Position numbers and translations under genes: made by a program. From Trichomonas gallinae (taxonomy: Eukaryota), in assembly GCA_008369845.1 (NCBI GenBank), contig MRSU01002257.1:1-41053 (forward strand): 41,053 bases of DNA, in the 5' to 3' direction. Of the stretch, positions 10,060-21,073 are shown one piece after another. The notes beneath the pieces were generated by a model. It ran no database searches and had not been told where the DNA came from. It was given only the letters and a program-made list of their open reading frames with translations. The number at the start of each line of letters is the position of its first letter. The stretch's first letter is position 1.

Positions 10060-10678
10060 TTATCACCCTTATATAATTTTTTTTTGTATGAATATTTTAA
10101 ACAATGATAAATGTTATAATTTACTTGATAACTTCACTTTAGGCTTTCAACATCCAATATTTCACTTCTACAGACAACTAGAAATATACTATATCGGATT
10201 GTGTAGTAGAGATATGACTCTTAGGTCTTGCTCACAACTTTAATAATTTCCTATTAAAATTTGTTTGATGGAGCTCATTTCTTTGTATTAATAATAGATA
10301 GATATATATAACAGGAGTGCATATTGTTGAAACCATGTATAGCTGCAGCTAAGTCTATTTATTATGATGAAACTTTTGAAAAACATACAAATTGATCATT
10401 TTCTGCAGCAAATAATAATGCTTTTCATCAAAGAATTGAAAAATTAAAAAGATAATTAACTGCATCAGAGTAAACTATTGTACATTATTAATACAGATAT
10501 GACTTATTTCTTTGATATAAATATAAATATCATTATTCAAGACTAATAATGCAAATCAATCAAATTGTTTTTAATTTGTGAAAAATCATTTTTCTCGTGA
10601 AAAAATTTACCAAAATTATCAAAGTCGCAATGAATATAAAAAATTGGTTGATTTAGAACAGAATAAAAACAAATCTAT

Positions 10679-13600
10679 TTATTCGGGGACTGGCAAAAAG
10701 CAGTCAAAGTTAGACCATTCGGAATAAGCGTCAACAAGTGACAGAGTTGACGGACCTGTTATGAAATCGAGTGACAGCCTCTTGGAATTATCAGAAGCGA
10801 GAGGGTTGAAGTCGACAACGAGTGGTGGAGGAAGGTCGCCGAAGACTCTCTTCTTGAACTTGAACTTCCTCTGTATCGGCGAAGACTTAGGTGTGGGTGC
10901 TGGCTGGACAGTTGCCTTAGGCTGTGCAATAACCATAGCCTCTGGCTCCTTCTCGAACTGACCAATGACAGGCCATTTTTGTGTCAGAGGAATGACTGTC
11001 GAGAAGTACCTTTTGTGGAATTTTTCGCACTCGTCAATACTCGGCATGTTATTCAGCAAAATATTCACCAAAGGAGAATCAAGGCCAAACATTTCGTGTC
11101 CATCGATGTAAGTAATCAATAAACCGGAGAATCTGCTTAATTGTATCCTGTATATCTCGAAGACTTCGTCCGGTGTTGATCCTTCTATTTTAGAGTTTTC
11201 GTCACCATCAGGCCAGACAACGAAATTCAATTTTTCATCTTTGAGTTCTATGAAGCAGTCTGTCCACACCTTTGTATCTTGATGTACTAACGAATAAGTA
11301 GCAACAGAGACGTGGTAGCCAATAGGATAAACGTGGTCTTCATCGTGGAACTTTGGATTAATTTCTCCAATGTTTCGCAGCATCATCAAATCATTGACTC
11401 TCAGAGGCATCTTCGTCGAGAAGTCTTCAGGAATTCTCTGGATGACTTTTGTTCTCTTCGATTCTTCGAAAATTAGTTTGACTCTGTTATAAAGCTTAGC
11501 TTCAGTTGGTTGGCCTCTGCAAGCACAGAGTAGCACAGGAGAGATGTTCCACAAAGCAAGACCGTGAGATGCGACTGCGGAAAGGAATTCCAGGTCTTCT
11601 GCTGGAAATTCGTCGTAATTTCTCTTGCATTCTCTGACTCTTTCGAACAATTTCAGTCTTAATGGAATTTTTTGAGAATGATATTTTACAATTCTTTTTA
11701 CGAAGCCTTCAGCGAACTTTCTCCTGTCGTCTGTTTGTGTCTGACAGAAGTTGATGATGTTGTCGACGTAATTTTGCACAGATTCGGACGCAAAAGCTGT
11801 TAATCCGGCAGCTTGGATAAATTTGTCGAGAGAAGGGAAGCCGAAGGCCATCAGTGCGTTTAATACCTTCTCATGTGATGAACCGTCGAATTTAGTTTTG
11901 GCTGCGCGAAGAGAAATTTGTGTTGAAATCTTCTTTTCGTGTTTTTCGGCTTTTGGAGGCTTAGCTTTAGCTACATTAATCAGATTCCTTACTATTTGCT
12001 GTTTTTCTTCATTTAATGAGCAAATTCCTTCATTAAAAGCTTCAAATAATAAATTTTGTGTTTCATTTACATCTTGGACATCGCTTTCGTATTCAGAGAG
12101 GTCTATTTCAGCTGGACTTTGTGGTATTTTGTCACCAAGTAATTTCATGAAGTATTTATTGTTTTCTACATCAGATAACAACGGCTCTGCTGTTGCTTGC
12201 TGAAAGACGACCGGCCACGCTGCAAGTGAAGTCAATAAACGCTTCTGGTCGAACTTTCCATTCTCTTTTATCAATATATGAACATTTGGATATAAAATAT
12301 CTGAATCTTCAATGTTTTTCATGAGCATTTTAAGGAAAAGCACAGCGAGTTTCTGTAAATCTCCTTCTGGTCTGTTGAATTCCGCGAATTTCTCCCATCT
12401 TCCCCATCCAAAAAGATTTAAAAGCTGTAGATATCTTTGTAGACGTGGCTCTGTCCAGAACTGTGCAGGAGTAAGAGGTCTGCTCTGCCTTGGAGGATGA
12501 ATTGCCAAAGCTTTCTCTGGCATCGTCCAATAATCTTCTAAAAATGGATCTGATGAAGGGAGAAACACAGAAGTGTCTGAATACGGAAGTATTTTGATTT
12601 CTCTTAATAAAGTTCTCGGCATTTGATGTAAAACTGATAAATTGTTAAATGCGACTCTGTAGACTTCTTTGATCAAATCTTTTAACACAGCAGGATCTGC
12701 TTTGGATGGGTCATCGAAATTTGATGGTTTAATTTGTCTGTGATGCCAAAAATAAGAAAATGCAATATATTCGAATGAATCTGTTGTAACGAGTCTAAAT
12801 ATCAAAGCTTTGGGATTCCTAGCGTGCCATTTAACGATTAAAGTGCCGTCTTCGACTGGTGTCCAATCAGAATCAAAAGCAAAAATTGTTTCTCCGCAAA
12901 ATCTTTCTAAAAACATCGAAGCAAGGTTGGAAGGGACAATAATGACCCTATGGCCCTGTTGCTCATTGAATTCTTCGATTAAATTCGCTAAATTATTTTC
13001 ATCAATTTCAGAATCAACAGATACGTGAGTTGTTTTGAGCTCTGTCATTATCGTGTGCAATGCTGTAACTGACTTAGCGTTGCAGATGATGCCAACTCTC
13101 TTAGAATCCTGTTTTTGCAAAGAAAGCAGTTTTGAAAGCACAGGAACTTTCCCTGATGCGCTCATTATATCGCATGGTGTATCAGTAACTAAGTATGGAT
13201 GAGTAGAAAGTCCACGAAGCTTTGCAGCGAATTCGCACATTAATTCTTTTGTACAATCGTTTTCTCTGAGTTTTGACGAGTATTCTGTTAATATCTCTAT
13301 ATACATAGACTGCTGCAGCGCTGCCATTGGACAAGGAGTGAAATTTTCTTCATATAAAAAATCATTCGCTGCATCTTCGGGAGTTATTGTGAATATTGTC
13401 GTGGGATCAACTGCAAGGTCAGGAGGAACCTCCAAAAACTTCTCCAGTGATGGATATTCGTCTGAATACTGATTTCCAACGAATGTTTTGTGATATGCGT
13501 ATAAACCTTCGTGTGGGATGTCTGTAGACGGCTCATCTGCGATGATTGACGCCCACTCTCTGTAGGGGATGATCGATGGATCCTTAATAAGCTGTCGATA

Positions 13601-14209
13601 GTTGACTAAAACAATTCCGTAATCAATTGTCGGATTTATGTCGTAAAGAAGACTTTGGTCTGTAATTTTCTCTCTTTCGCTTTGATCGCTGGAGCAGATT
13701 GTGACTTTCTGCGTCGTCCAGTACTTTAATTGCTCATACCATAGAATTGTTTCGTTTGGCTGAACAATTAGCAAAAAAGGAGGACAATTTTTGAATCCCA
13801 ATGTGACTTTTTCGATATAGATGCTGATTACTGCGTATTTTATCGATTTTGTTTCGTCAATTAAGACAGAGTTGGTTCCTTGTATCCATTTCTCGCACAG
13901 GAACGCGGACGATGCTTTTGATATGTTTGCTGCGATTTTTTCGGCGTTTGTCGTTGGTAAATCGAGTTCTTTCGGTGGATAGGCAGATTTCTGCTCCATT
14001 TTTATTGATATTCGCGTATTTAACGATTTTGGTGCCTTATCTGTCTTATAAGACTGCACAGGAGTCTTCAGGAAGATTCTGTTCGGTGTCTGCTCATTTT
14101 GCTGCCTTTGGGCCGCTCTACGTGGTGATTCGCGGACACCGGGCCTTTGCTCACCTTCTCTGTCTTGTTCAGAGCCTTCTTCAAATGCGGTCCGGCGGCG
14201 AGATCGCAT
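10679..14209 (-). CDS. FY-rich (FYRN/FYRC) domain protein with degenerate CHD/SNF2 helicase-like region
   Basis: C-terminal VYPIGY…DGHEMFGLDSP (FYR). SNF2 remnants: HPYL, ASGKVPVLSKLL, FDSDWTP, IFRLVTTDSFE. CHD-like FGWGRW SANT region. Confidence 0.82.
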   Translation of the reverse strand: MRSRRRTAFEEGSEQDREGEQRPGVRESPRRAAQRQQNEQTPNRIFLKTPVQSYKTDKAPKSLNTRISIKMEQKSAYPPKELDLPTTNAEKIAANISKASSAFLCEKWIQGTNSVLIDETKSIKYAVISIYIEKVTLGFKNCPPFLLIVQPNETILWYEQLKYWTTQKVTICSSDQSEREKITDQSLLYDINPTIDYGIVLVNYRQLIKDPSIIPYREWASIIADEPSTDIPHEGLYAYHKTFVGNQYSDEYPSLEKFLEVPPDLAVDPTTIFTITPEDAANDFLYEENFTPCPMAALQQSMYIEILTEYSSKLRENDCTKELMCEFAAKLRGLSTHPYLVTDTPCDIMSASGKVPVLSKLLSLQKQDSKRVGIICNAKSVTALHTIMTELKTTHVSVDSEIDENNLANLIEEFNEQQGHRVIIVPSNLASMFLERFCGETIFAFDSDWTPVEDGTLIVKWHARNPKALIFRLVTTDSFEYIAFSYFWHHRQIKPSNFDDPSKADPAVLKDLIKEVYRVAFNNLSVLHQMPRTLLREIKILPYSDTSVFLPSSDPFLEDYWTMPEKALAIHPPRQSRPLTPAQFWTEPRLQRYLQLLNLFGWGRWEKFAEFNRPEGDLQKLAVLFLKMLMKNIEDSDILYPNVHILIKENGKFDQKRLLTSLAAWPVVFQQATAEPLLSDVENNKYFMKLLGDKIPQSPAEIDLSEYESDVQDVNETQNLLFEAFNEGICSLNEEKQQIVRNLINVAKAKPPKAEKHEKKISTQISLRAAKTKFDGSSHEKVLNALMAFGFPSLDKFIQAAGLTAFASESVQNYVDNIINFCQTQTDDRRKFAEGFVKRIVKYHSQKIPLRLKLFERVRECKRNYDEFPAEDLEFLSAVASHGLALWNISPVLLCACRGQPTEAKLYNRVKLIFEESKRTKVIQRIPEDFSTKMPLRVNDLMMLRNIGEINPKFHDEDHVYPIGYHVSVATYSLVHQDTKVWTDCFIELKDEKLNFVVWPDGDENSKIEGSTPDEVFEIYRIQLSRFSGLLITYIDGHEMFGLDSPLVNILLNNMPSIDECEKFHKRYFSTVIPLTQKWPVIGQFEKEPEAMVIAQPKATVQPAPTPKSSPIQRKFKFKKRVFGDLPPPLVVDFNPLASDNSKRLSLDFITGPSTLSLVDAYSEWSNFDCFLPVPE

Positions 14210-14843
14210 TTATATTTTTTGTTGCTCTCTGACACTTTACATGACAAATAATAATGTAAAATAATTTACATGGTAAAAATATTTTTACATCAAAAATATG
14301 TTATGTAATAATCCTTACACGTCAAAAATATATTAATGTGTTTATTCAATAATATCATGATTGTGTTCAATGATTTTTATATTGAGATATGATAAAAGCA
14401 TAATATGCTGGATATAACCAACTTGTTAAATTATCATTTTAATGAATCTATTATAATCATGTTTGACTTTCTATACATTCCAAGTGCGTTTTTACATAAA
14501 GGAAATCAATAGTTATGAATTAAATAATACCCGTGTGATGCTCAGCTTTTCATTTATAATATCATCATCATTTTTAGCATTAATTCGTTGTGTGTGAAAT
14601 GTCAATCATTAACGTATTATATCTATATAGACACAGTAACTATTTTTATAATTATTTATCTCATATCAAAGTTACAAATAAGAGTTGCGCATAAATTTGT
14701 AGATAGAATGTTCTTTTAGACCAACTTCATAGGCATATAGTTTAGAACATAAGCAATCTAAATCCAAGTTTCCGTCTACAATAATTCTAAGAATTTAAGT
14801 ATTTATTTATTCCAATAATTGGAGAAAAACTGCAAAAATTAAA

Positions 14844-14869
14844 AAAGTGACCAAATTTGTAAAAGTGAC
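14844..14869 (+). promoter_or_regulatory. Two copies of AAAGTGAC upstream element
   Basis: AAAGTGAC at 14844-14851 and 14862-14869, just upstream of ATG 14887. Matches, as I recall it, the Trichomonas 'motif 2' promoter element. Confidence 0.55.
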
Positions 14870-14886
14870 AGATTTTATCGATAAAA

Positions 14887-15495
14887 ATGTTTTTGCTATT
14901 TTCTTTAGTTCGCTGCAATGAGGAGTTTAATATCGAAGCGTTTTACAAGACGTACCACATCCTTTCCATCGAAGGAAACGGCGTCTATGACATAGAGCCG
15001 CACCACTTCCGTCCAAAAGTTTTCTTCAACCAATACAGAGGGAACGAGACAAGATACATCCAGTTCGAGCCAGACCACCCAACACTTGGTAAATTTGTTG
15101 GCGTATCACTCCCAGAAGCAAACATATTTTCAGTTCTCACTCCAGATCACACCCCTGACTTCGACATCAACTATAGAATCATTGACAATGATCACTTGTT
15201 AATCAGGGGCCAAAAGAATGGTCAGTTTTCAATTACAGGCATACTTTCTTCCAAAGAAATGTCAGAATTAACAATTACCCACTTTAACTCAGATAAAGTC
15301 ACTCTCGTCAGAGTCACACCAGAGAAGGAGCTTACGAAAACGCAGCTTCTCACCAAATTAACGCCTGGTATTTGCATTTTGTTCTTCTACGGCTTCGGAC
15401 GCAGATACAGAGAGAGATTCTGGAAGCAGTTCAACAAGATGAACACAGTAACTCTCCAGAGACACATCAACAGGGCTACAAAGGAAGCCAAATAA
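14887..15495 (+). CDS. Hypothetical secretory-pathway single-pass membrane protein
   Basis: Short signal-like MFLLFSLVRC, hydrophobic segment PGICILFFYGFG followed by basic RRYRER. Confidence 0.75.
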   Translation: MFLLFSLVRCNEEFNIEAFYKTYHILSIEGNGVYDIEPHHFRPKVFFNQYRGNETRYIQFEPDHPTLGKFVGVSLPEANIFSVLTPDHTPDFDINYRIIDNDHLLIRGQKNGQFSITGILSSKEMSELTITHFNSDKVTLVRVTPEKELTKTQLLTKLTPGICILFFYGFGRRYRERFWKQFNKMNTVTLQRHINRATKEAK

Positions 15496-16272
15496 TTTAT
15501 TTTTATTTTTTAAAGAATAGAGCAACCCTATAATAACTATAAACTTTACCTTTACAAATCCTCATCAAATATTTCTTCAAATATGAAAATATATTATTCA
15601 AGATTTTTAATTCTCAATGATATTTAACAATACAACAATAAATGAGCACTGCATATGTTTTATCAAATGTTAAAACACCAAAATGCGTCAAAACATACAC
15701 CTATGCAAAGATGCATTAAATAGATTTGTACATCCCAGCAATGAAAACCTCTAATTGGTATTAATGCATTAAGATTTAAATATTTGATAGAATTACATCA
15801 TAAAAACAATTGATCTCAACATTCAAGAGAGATTTGCAAAATTTCATTTGCTGTGATGCTTTTGAACGATTTTGAATATAAACATTTAATTTCATTCTTA
15901 CTACATATTATGATAATAAATCAACGTGCTTCAATTTCATGTTTTTAAATTTTCAAATTTTTAAATTTTGATTGCAACGAAAAACTAATTCAAAATTTTA
16001 TTTTGGTAACTAATTATAAAGATGAAAACATAACAAAAACACAAGCATTCATCAAAAATCCATCAAAAAAATTAATCTAAAATTTAAAAACCAAATATTC
16101 CAACAATACACACGATATTATTTTATTATCTCAACGAAAAATCATAAAAATCAAAAATAAATTCACAAAACTTTCGATTTAGCCAATTTTAACCTGGAAA
16201 ACATGCAATAGACAAATAACTGATTTATTTGGAGCAAAAACAAAAAAGTCGTTAAATTTCAGTTAAAAAAAA

Positions 16273-19053
16273 ATGTTGTTGTTGGACGACGACGACAACC
16301 TTTACAACGCCGAGTCATATACAATTGTACACAACGGATACAAGTACAAGCTCGATCCGCTGCCAGCCATGCAGTATTCGCGTGTTTTCGCTCAATATTT
16401 CCGCGCAAATCCAGTAAAATGCGTTGTTAATGATGATTTCAGCGAGCCAGCATTCGAAACTTATATTTACGCATTACAGATGAATTCTGTCGCTGCTTCG
16501 CCACGTGCTTTAGTTGATTTACTGTTAATTTCCGATCAATGGGACTCAAAACTCTTAATTACGCAAATTGAAGAACTCATCAACACCAAGGCAAATCCAA
16601 ATGAAATTATCGGACTTTATATTTCTCTTTTAGACACGAATTTCAATCATCAAAGATTAGAAGTCATAATTACGAGCAATTTACCAAGATACATCGAGTG
16701 CCCGAAGTTCGCCACACTTTCATTCGAGACGATTGAGAGAATGATTGCTGCTTATCCAGGAAAATTAACAGCAAACCAAATTGTTCGTCTTTGCTACAAT
16801 GCATCTGCTTTTTGCGGCTTAGATGCTATTGGTTTCATCAAGAGAAACAGTTTCGACAACATGACACGCGAAGAAATTCTTGAAATCGCAGATCAGTTTG
16901 AAAAATGCCCATTCCCGCAACTCAGAGATTTCCTCATTGCTATGTCTCACCTTATCCATCAGCTTTTAGTCCCAATCAACGAAAACGAGAAGTTTGATCA
17001 AACATGGTTAAATGCAGACATCGGAGAAGGCCAAGACGCCTTCAATTTCTACAAACTCGTCATAGACGAATCTCGTCCGATGAAGAAGAAAGCAACTAAC
17101 AGGACTTCAACACGTACATTTACAAGATCTATATCACACACACGTGGTTCTACAGCTTTGAACTCGCAGACATCAACAGCTGCAGTCGATGATGAAAATA
17201 TCCCACCACCGAACTACGAAGAGCCAAAGAACCCGACACAAATCGCATTTCTCAAATCAGCCGCAGAAAGAGGCCACGCAGAGGCCCAGTACATATGGGG
17301 TAAGTGGCTCTTCAACCACAAGAACTCAGAAGCCACAGAAGACGAAGCATTAGAATTTTTGATTCAAGCTGCTGGCAAAAACGTCGAAGAAGCCAAGCAA
17401 ATGCTTGCTCCCTTCTTCACACTCAACAAACTCGATCCAGTTTATCACAACGATATTTATCAAGTTTTAGGTCTCCAAAATCTTCTTTTGAACATGAATG
17501 AGGACAATTTCGACACATCTAAGCTCGCAATAAGAGAATTAAGCTTCGATGACGACGATGAAGACAAAACAATGATTTTAGCGCAAAATATTCTCAAAGC
17601 AGTTCAAATCAGGCAAAGAAACCAGGAATTATACGCAAGACTCATCAAATTCTTGCACGACAGCGGCTGCGTTGTCCTCAAACAGTTCGTTTTCTCGACA
17701 ATTATGTCATCTCTTTACACACCTGATCCTCTTCACCAGCAACTGGTTTACATTGCTTTCCTTAGAGTCTGCTCGAACACTGGCACACTCATCCAGGAAG
17801 AATTCGTTGTTCCATTAATAGATTTCTTGAGATCATCTAATGCTTATCTAAAGAGTGCTTTGTTGGTCTTCTACTTCTTCGCTGATTTGGTTATGGAGGT
17901 CAGCGAAGAGATTTTCGCTTATCTCAAGATGAAATTATTCAATTACAGGTCAAAGAACGGAATGGGCAACATGGACAAGTTCCTCCACGACTTCAAGGAC
18001 AATTTCATCCAGTTAATGAAGGATGACGCGAAAGATTTCAAGGAAGATAGAATGTTACCTTTCGTAAGAGACCCACTTACAAGAGCCATCGTCAACGATG
18101 ATCTCAAGGCCATCAGGAAGCTCAAATTCGACCCAATGGAGCCAATTCCTTCATACTTCCTCGATTTGAAACCGGGAGACGACGAAGGAACCTACGGAAC
18201 AGAAGAATTACTCCCAATCCAGCTTGCAGCAACACAGGGCTCTCAGGCAGTCTTCTTATATCTTCTCAGAAGGATGCCGGAATTTTCGATCAGAAATAAC
18301 AAAGATCCAATATCGGCAACGTGCTGCTGCGCGGGCCAAAACAAGTTCATATTGGGCTTCGTGACAGGCTTATCCGAGAGAAGGCGCGAAGAAATGTTCA
18401 GAATGGCAGCAAAATGGAACAACATGTATTTGATGATTTTGTTGTTGCAAGGAAACATCGACATAAACTGCAAGGACGAGTTCGGATCAACAGCTCTTCA
18501 TTTCGCTACGAGGAATGGCAACCCATCTATTGTCAAGTTCCTCGCCAGCGCTGACGGAATCCAGATCAACGCCATGGATAATAATGGTGTCACTGCATTG
18601 CATTATGCTGTATTCCTTTCTAAGCTCGACATCGTCAAGATCCTGTGCGACGTGTTGGCAATAGACATAAACATCAAGGACAAGCATGGATCTTCTCCTC
18701 TCCACTACGCAGTGTGGAACAACGACATCCACCTCGTAGAATACCTTCTGACAAGAGAGGCAATAAACGTAAACGTGACAGCGAAAGTTGACAGGACTCC
18801 ATTACATGAGGCTGCTAAGTGCGGATTCCTCGAGATAGTCAGGATGCTCGCAGAGAGGGTGGACATCGATTTGAACGCAGAAGACAAGAACGGAAGGACT
18901 CCGCTGAAACTGGCAATGAAGAGGCATCAGGAAGAAGTCGCGCAATACTTGAAGACACTCGCAAAGGTGAGAAAGACATCGAGCACATCAAGCTCGTCAG
19001 GTGCAATGGATGACTTAGGATTCAACGACCCAGGAGACATGAGAAGAGACTAA
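16273..19053 (+). CDS. Ankyrin-repeat protein with N-terminal BTB-like region and a Sel1-like repeat
   Basis: Five clear C-terminal ankyrin repeats (GSTALHFA, GVTALHYA, GSSPLHYA, RTPLHEA, GRTPLKLA). Sel1-like AAERGHAEAQYIWG. The BTB-like N-terminus is inference. Confidence 0.88.
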   Translation: MLLLDDDDNLYNAESYTIVHNGYKYKLDPLPAMQYSRVFAQYFRANPVKCVVNDDFSEPAFETYIYALQMNSVAASPRALVDLLLISDQWDSKLLITQIEELINTKANPNEIIGLYISLLDTNFNHQRLEVIITSNLPRYIECPKFATLSFETIERMIAAYPGKLTANQIVRLCYNASAFCGLDAIGFIKRNSFDNMTREEILEIADQFEKCPFPQLRDFLIAMSHLIHQLLVPINENEKFDQTWLNADIGEGQDAFNFYKLVIDESRPMKKKATNRTSTRTFTRSISHTRGSTALNSQTSTAAVDDENIPPPNYEEPKNPTQIAFLKSAAERGHAEAQYIWGKWLFNHKNSEATEDEALEFLIQAAGKNVEEAKQMLAPFFTLNKLDPVYHNDIYQVLGLQNLLLNMNEDNFDTSKLAIRELSFDDDDEDKTMILAQNILKAVQIRQRNQELYARLIKFLHDSGCVVLKQFVFSTIMSSLYTPDPLHQQLVYIAFLRVCSNTGTLIQEEFVVPLIDFLRSSNAYLKSALLVFYFFADLVMEVSEEIFAYLKMKLFNYRSKNGMGNMDKFLHDFKDNFIQLMKDDAKDFKEDRMLPFVRDPLTRAIVNDDLKAIRKLKFDPMEPIPSYFLDLKPGDDEGTYGTEELLPIQLAATQGSQAVFLYLLRRMPEFSIRNNKDPISATCCCAGQNKFILGFVTGLSERRREEMFRMAAKWNNMYLMILLLQGNIDINCKDEFGSTALHFATRNGNPSIVKFLASADGIQINAMDNNGVTALHYAVFLSKLDIVKILCDVLAIDINIKDKHGSSPLHYAVWNNDIHLVEYLLTREAINVNVTAKVDRTPLHEAAKCGFLEIVRMLAERVDIDLNAEDKNGRTPLKLAMKRHQEEVAQYLKTLAKVRKTSSTSSSSGAMDDLGFNDPGDMRRD

Positions 19054-19573
19054 TTTTTAAAATATATATATTCGTTATTTTTAATTAATTTTAATTTTTT
19101 TTGAGGTCTAACATATTTTGATTAATAATATATTTCCATGATTTTGATTCTATTGTTTTGATTAGATTTTTGAATAACTACACAAAACTCGAAATATCAA
19201 ATATAAAAATTTAAAATTTCATGTAGAAGTTGAAAATAAGCATGATATTTATGGATATGTTTTTAGAATAGCTTATTTATCGATTGTTTTGCGTGTTTGT
19301 TTCATAAATGATGAAATTCTAAATCAAAACTCTTTATATTCAATGATTAATACTATAAATATCAATTTAATATAGTACAATAAGTGTTTAAAAGCTATTA
19401 AAAGTTGTGTTTATGATTAAAATTCATTTATAGCTAGAAATTATGAAATAATTTTTATTTTTGTGTGTTTTAATATATTTGTTGTGTTGAAACATGTTGT
19501 GATTGAGGAATAAAAACGAATGAATTACTATAATATTCATAAATAGATAGTTTAATATAATAAAAAAAAATAC

Positions 19574-20896
19574 TTACTTTGATTTCTCTTGGATTGCCTT
19601 CCGAAGCTTAGCAGCTTCATCTTTCATCTGAACAATCCTTTCTGTCATATCAGCGAATGTATTCTTCAGTTCTCTGTTCTGCAAAACTAACTCTTCCAAT
19701 AATAATTGTTTCTGTTGGAATTCTGGCATTGCTAATATCTTCGGAGTTGGAGGTTGCTTCAATGTCAGTGTTTGAATTTCTAAATCTTTATCACGAATTT
19801 CTTCTTTAACGAGTTCTATGGCTTGGAGCAGCATCTGTGTCTTATCCCTGAGCGATGCCTTTTCTTCGACAATTCTGTTGATTTGCTCCTGCAATTCTTT
19901 GTCAACTCTTGGAATTTCGTCATCTGTTCCTGTTTCTTTGATATTGTTGAGTTTCTTGCGGAGTTCAGCAATCTTTGTATTGTGCTTAGAAACTTCTTCC
20001 TCTGTTTTTGCGTGTAACTCTGAAATTTTTGTCTGTAATTGAGATTTTTCTGCTTCTTGCTCTTTTATTTGATTTTCGAGTTGCTCACGCTCAGCTTTTA
20101 TCTTTTGGAGCTCTTCCTCGCGCTGGCTGATGATTTTCCTTTGTGCTTCTTTGGCTAATTCTAGTTTTTTCTCAGATTCTTGAATCGCTTGTTTTGTCGT
20201 CTCAATTTCATTATTTGCTGTTGTTATCTTGTCCTGAGTCTGCTGCAGCTTCTTCAGGGCCTCCTGAATGTCCTGAGCTCGATCTTTGATTTTTCTGCCA
20301 AGTTCGTCATTTTCTCTGTGCAAGTCGGTAACCTTTTGGTCTAGTTCGGCGAGTGATTTCTCGTCGGCTTCTTTCGCGTGTTTCATTGAAACTATGCGAG
20401 AATTGAGATCTTCGATGTACATCGGCATTGCGCGCGAATTTTCGAGGAATTTCATGATTGGGAGGTATTTTTGAGCTCTCAGCTTAAGCTGGTCGAGTTT
20501 TGTATTTTTTTGCTGAATTCTTACTTCGTGAGTTCTTAATTGTTGTTTAAGCTGCTCCAACTGCTCTTCCTTCTCCTTTGTCTGCTTTTGGACTTCTGAT
20601 ATTTGCTGGTTTACTTCCGTAATTCGATCAGTTACACGCTTCGAGTTTGTTGCAGCAACTTCTGCTGCTTGAACTTGTAATTTTGCAAGCTCTTCCTTGA
20701 GTACTTCAACTGATTGAGTATGTCTGAGCCTCATTTCGTCTCTTTGGCGTTCGCAGTGTTCGATTTGCTGTTTTAACTTAGGTAATTCGGCATTTTGTGC
20801 CTGAAGGTTATCCAGCTGTTCCTTGAGCTTGAAGTTTTCTGTTCCAAGTTCAACTAACTGATTTTGGAAGACTGTGAACTCTTCCTCGCTAAGCAT
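19574..20896 (-). CDS. Long coiled-coil protein, GRIPAP1/GRASP-1-like termini
   Basis: Heptad E/K/Q/L-rich throughout. N-terminus MLSEEEFTVFQNQLVELGTENFKL and C-terminal LLEELVLQNREL resemble recalled GRIPAP1 terminal blocks. Confidence 0.75.
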   Translation of the reverse strand: MLSEEEFTVFQNQLVELGTENFKLKEQLDNLQAQNAELPKLKQQIEHCERQRDEMRLRHTQSVEVLKEELAKLQVQAAEVAATNSKRVTDRITEVNQQISEVQKQTKEKEEQLEQLKQQLRTHEVRIQQKNTKLDQLKLRAQKYLPIMKFLENSRAMPMYIEDLNSRIVSMKHAKEADEKSLAELDQKVTDLHRENDELGRKIKDRAQDIQEALKKLQQTQDKITTANNEIETTKQAIQESEKKLELAKEAQRKIISQREEELQKIKAEREQLENQIKEQEAEKSQLQTKISELHAKTEEEVSKHNTKIAELRKKLNNIKETGTDDEIPRVDKELQEQINRIVEEKASLRDKTQMLLQAIELVKEEIRDKDLEIQTLTLKQPPTPKILAMPEFQQKQLLLEELVLQNRELKNTFADMTERIVQMKDEAAKLRKAIQEKSK

Positions 20897-20907
20897 CGAT
20901 TATTTTT

Positions 20908-21073
20908 TGTTTGTTTACATGGCAAATTATTAATTTACAAAAAAAGAATATTGAAATTTTTGACATTTGTCGGTTATGTTTATTTACATGGCAAATTGTT
21001 AATTTACAAACAAAAATATTTAAATTTGACACTGTCAAGTTATATGTTTACGTTGCAAATATTTAATTTTCAA
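20908..21073. repeat. 69-bp tandem duplication (2 copies plus a degenerate partial third) in a promoter
   Basis: TGTTTRTTTACATGGCAAATTRTTAATTTACAAA… starts at 20908 and 20977. Weaker TGTTTACGTTGCAAAT near 21045. Confidence 0.85.
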
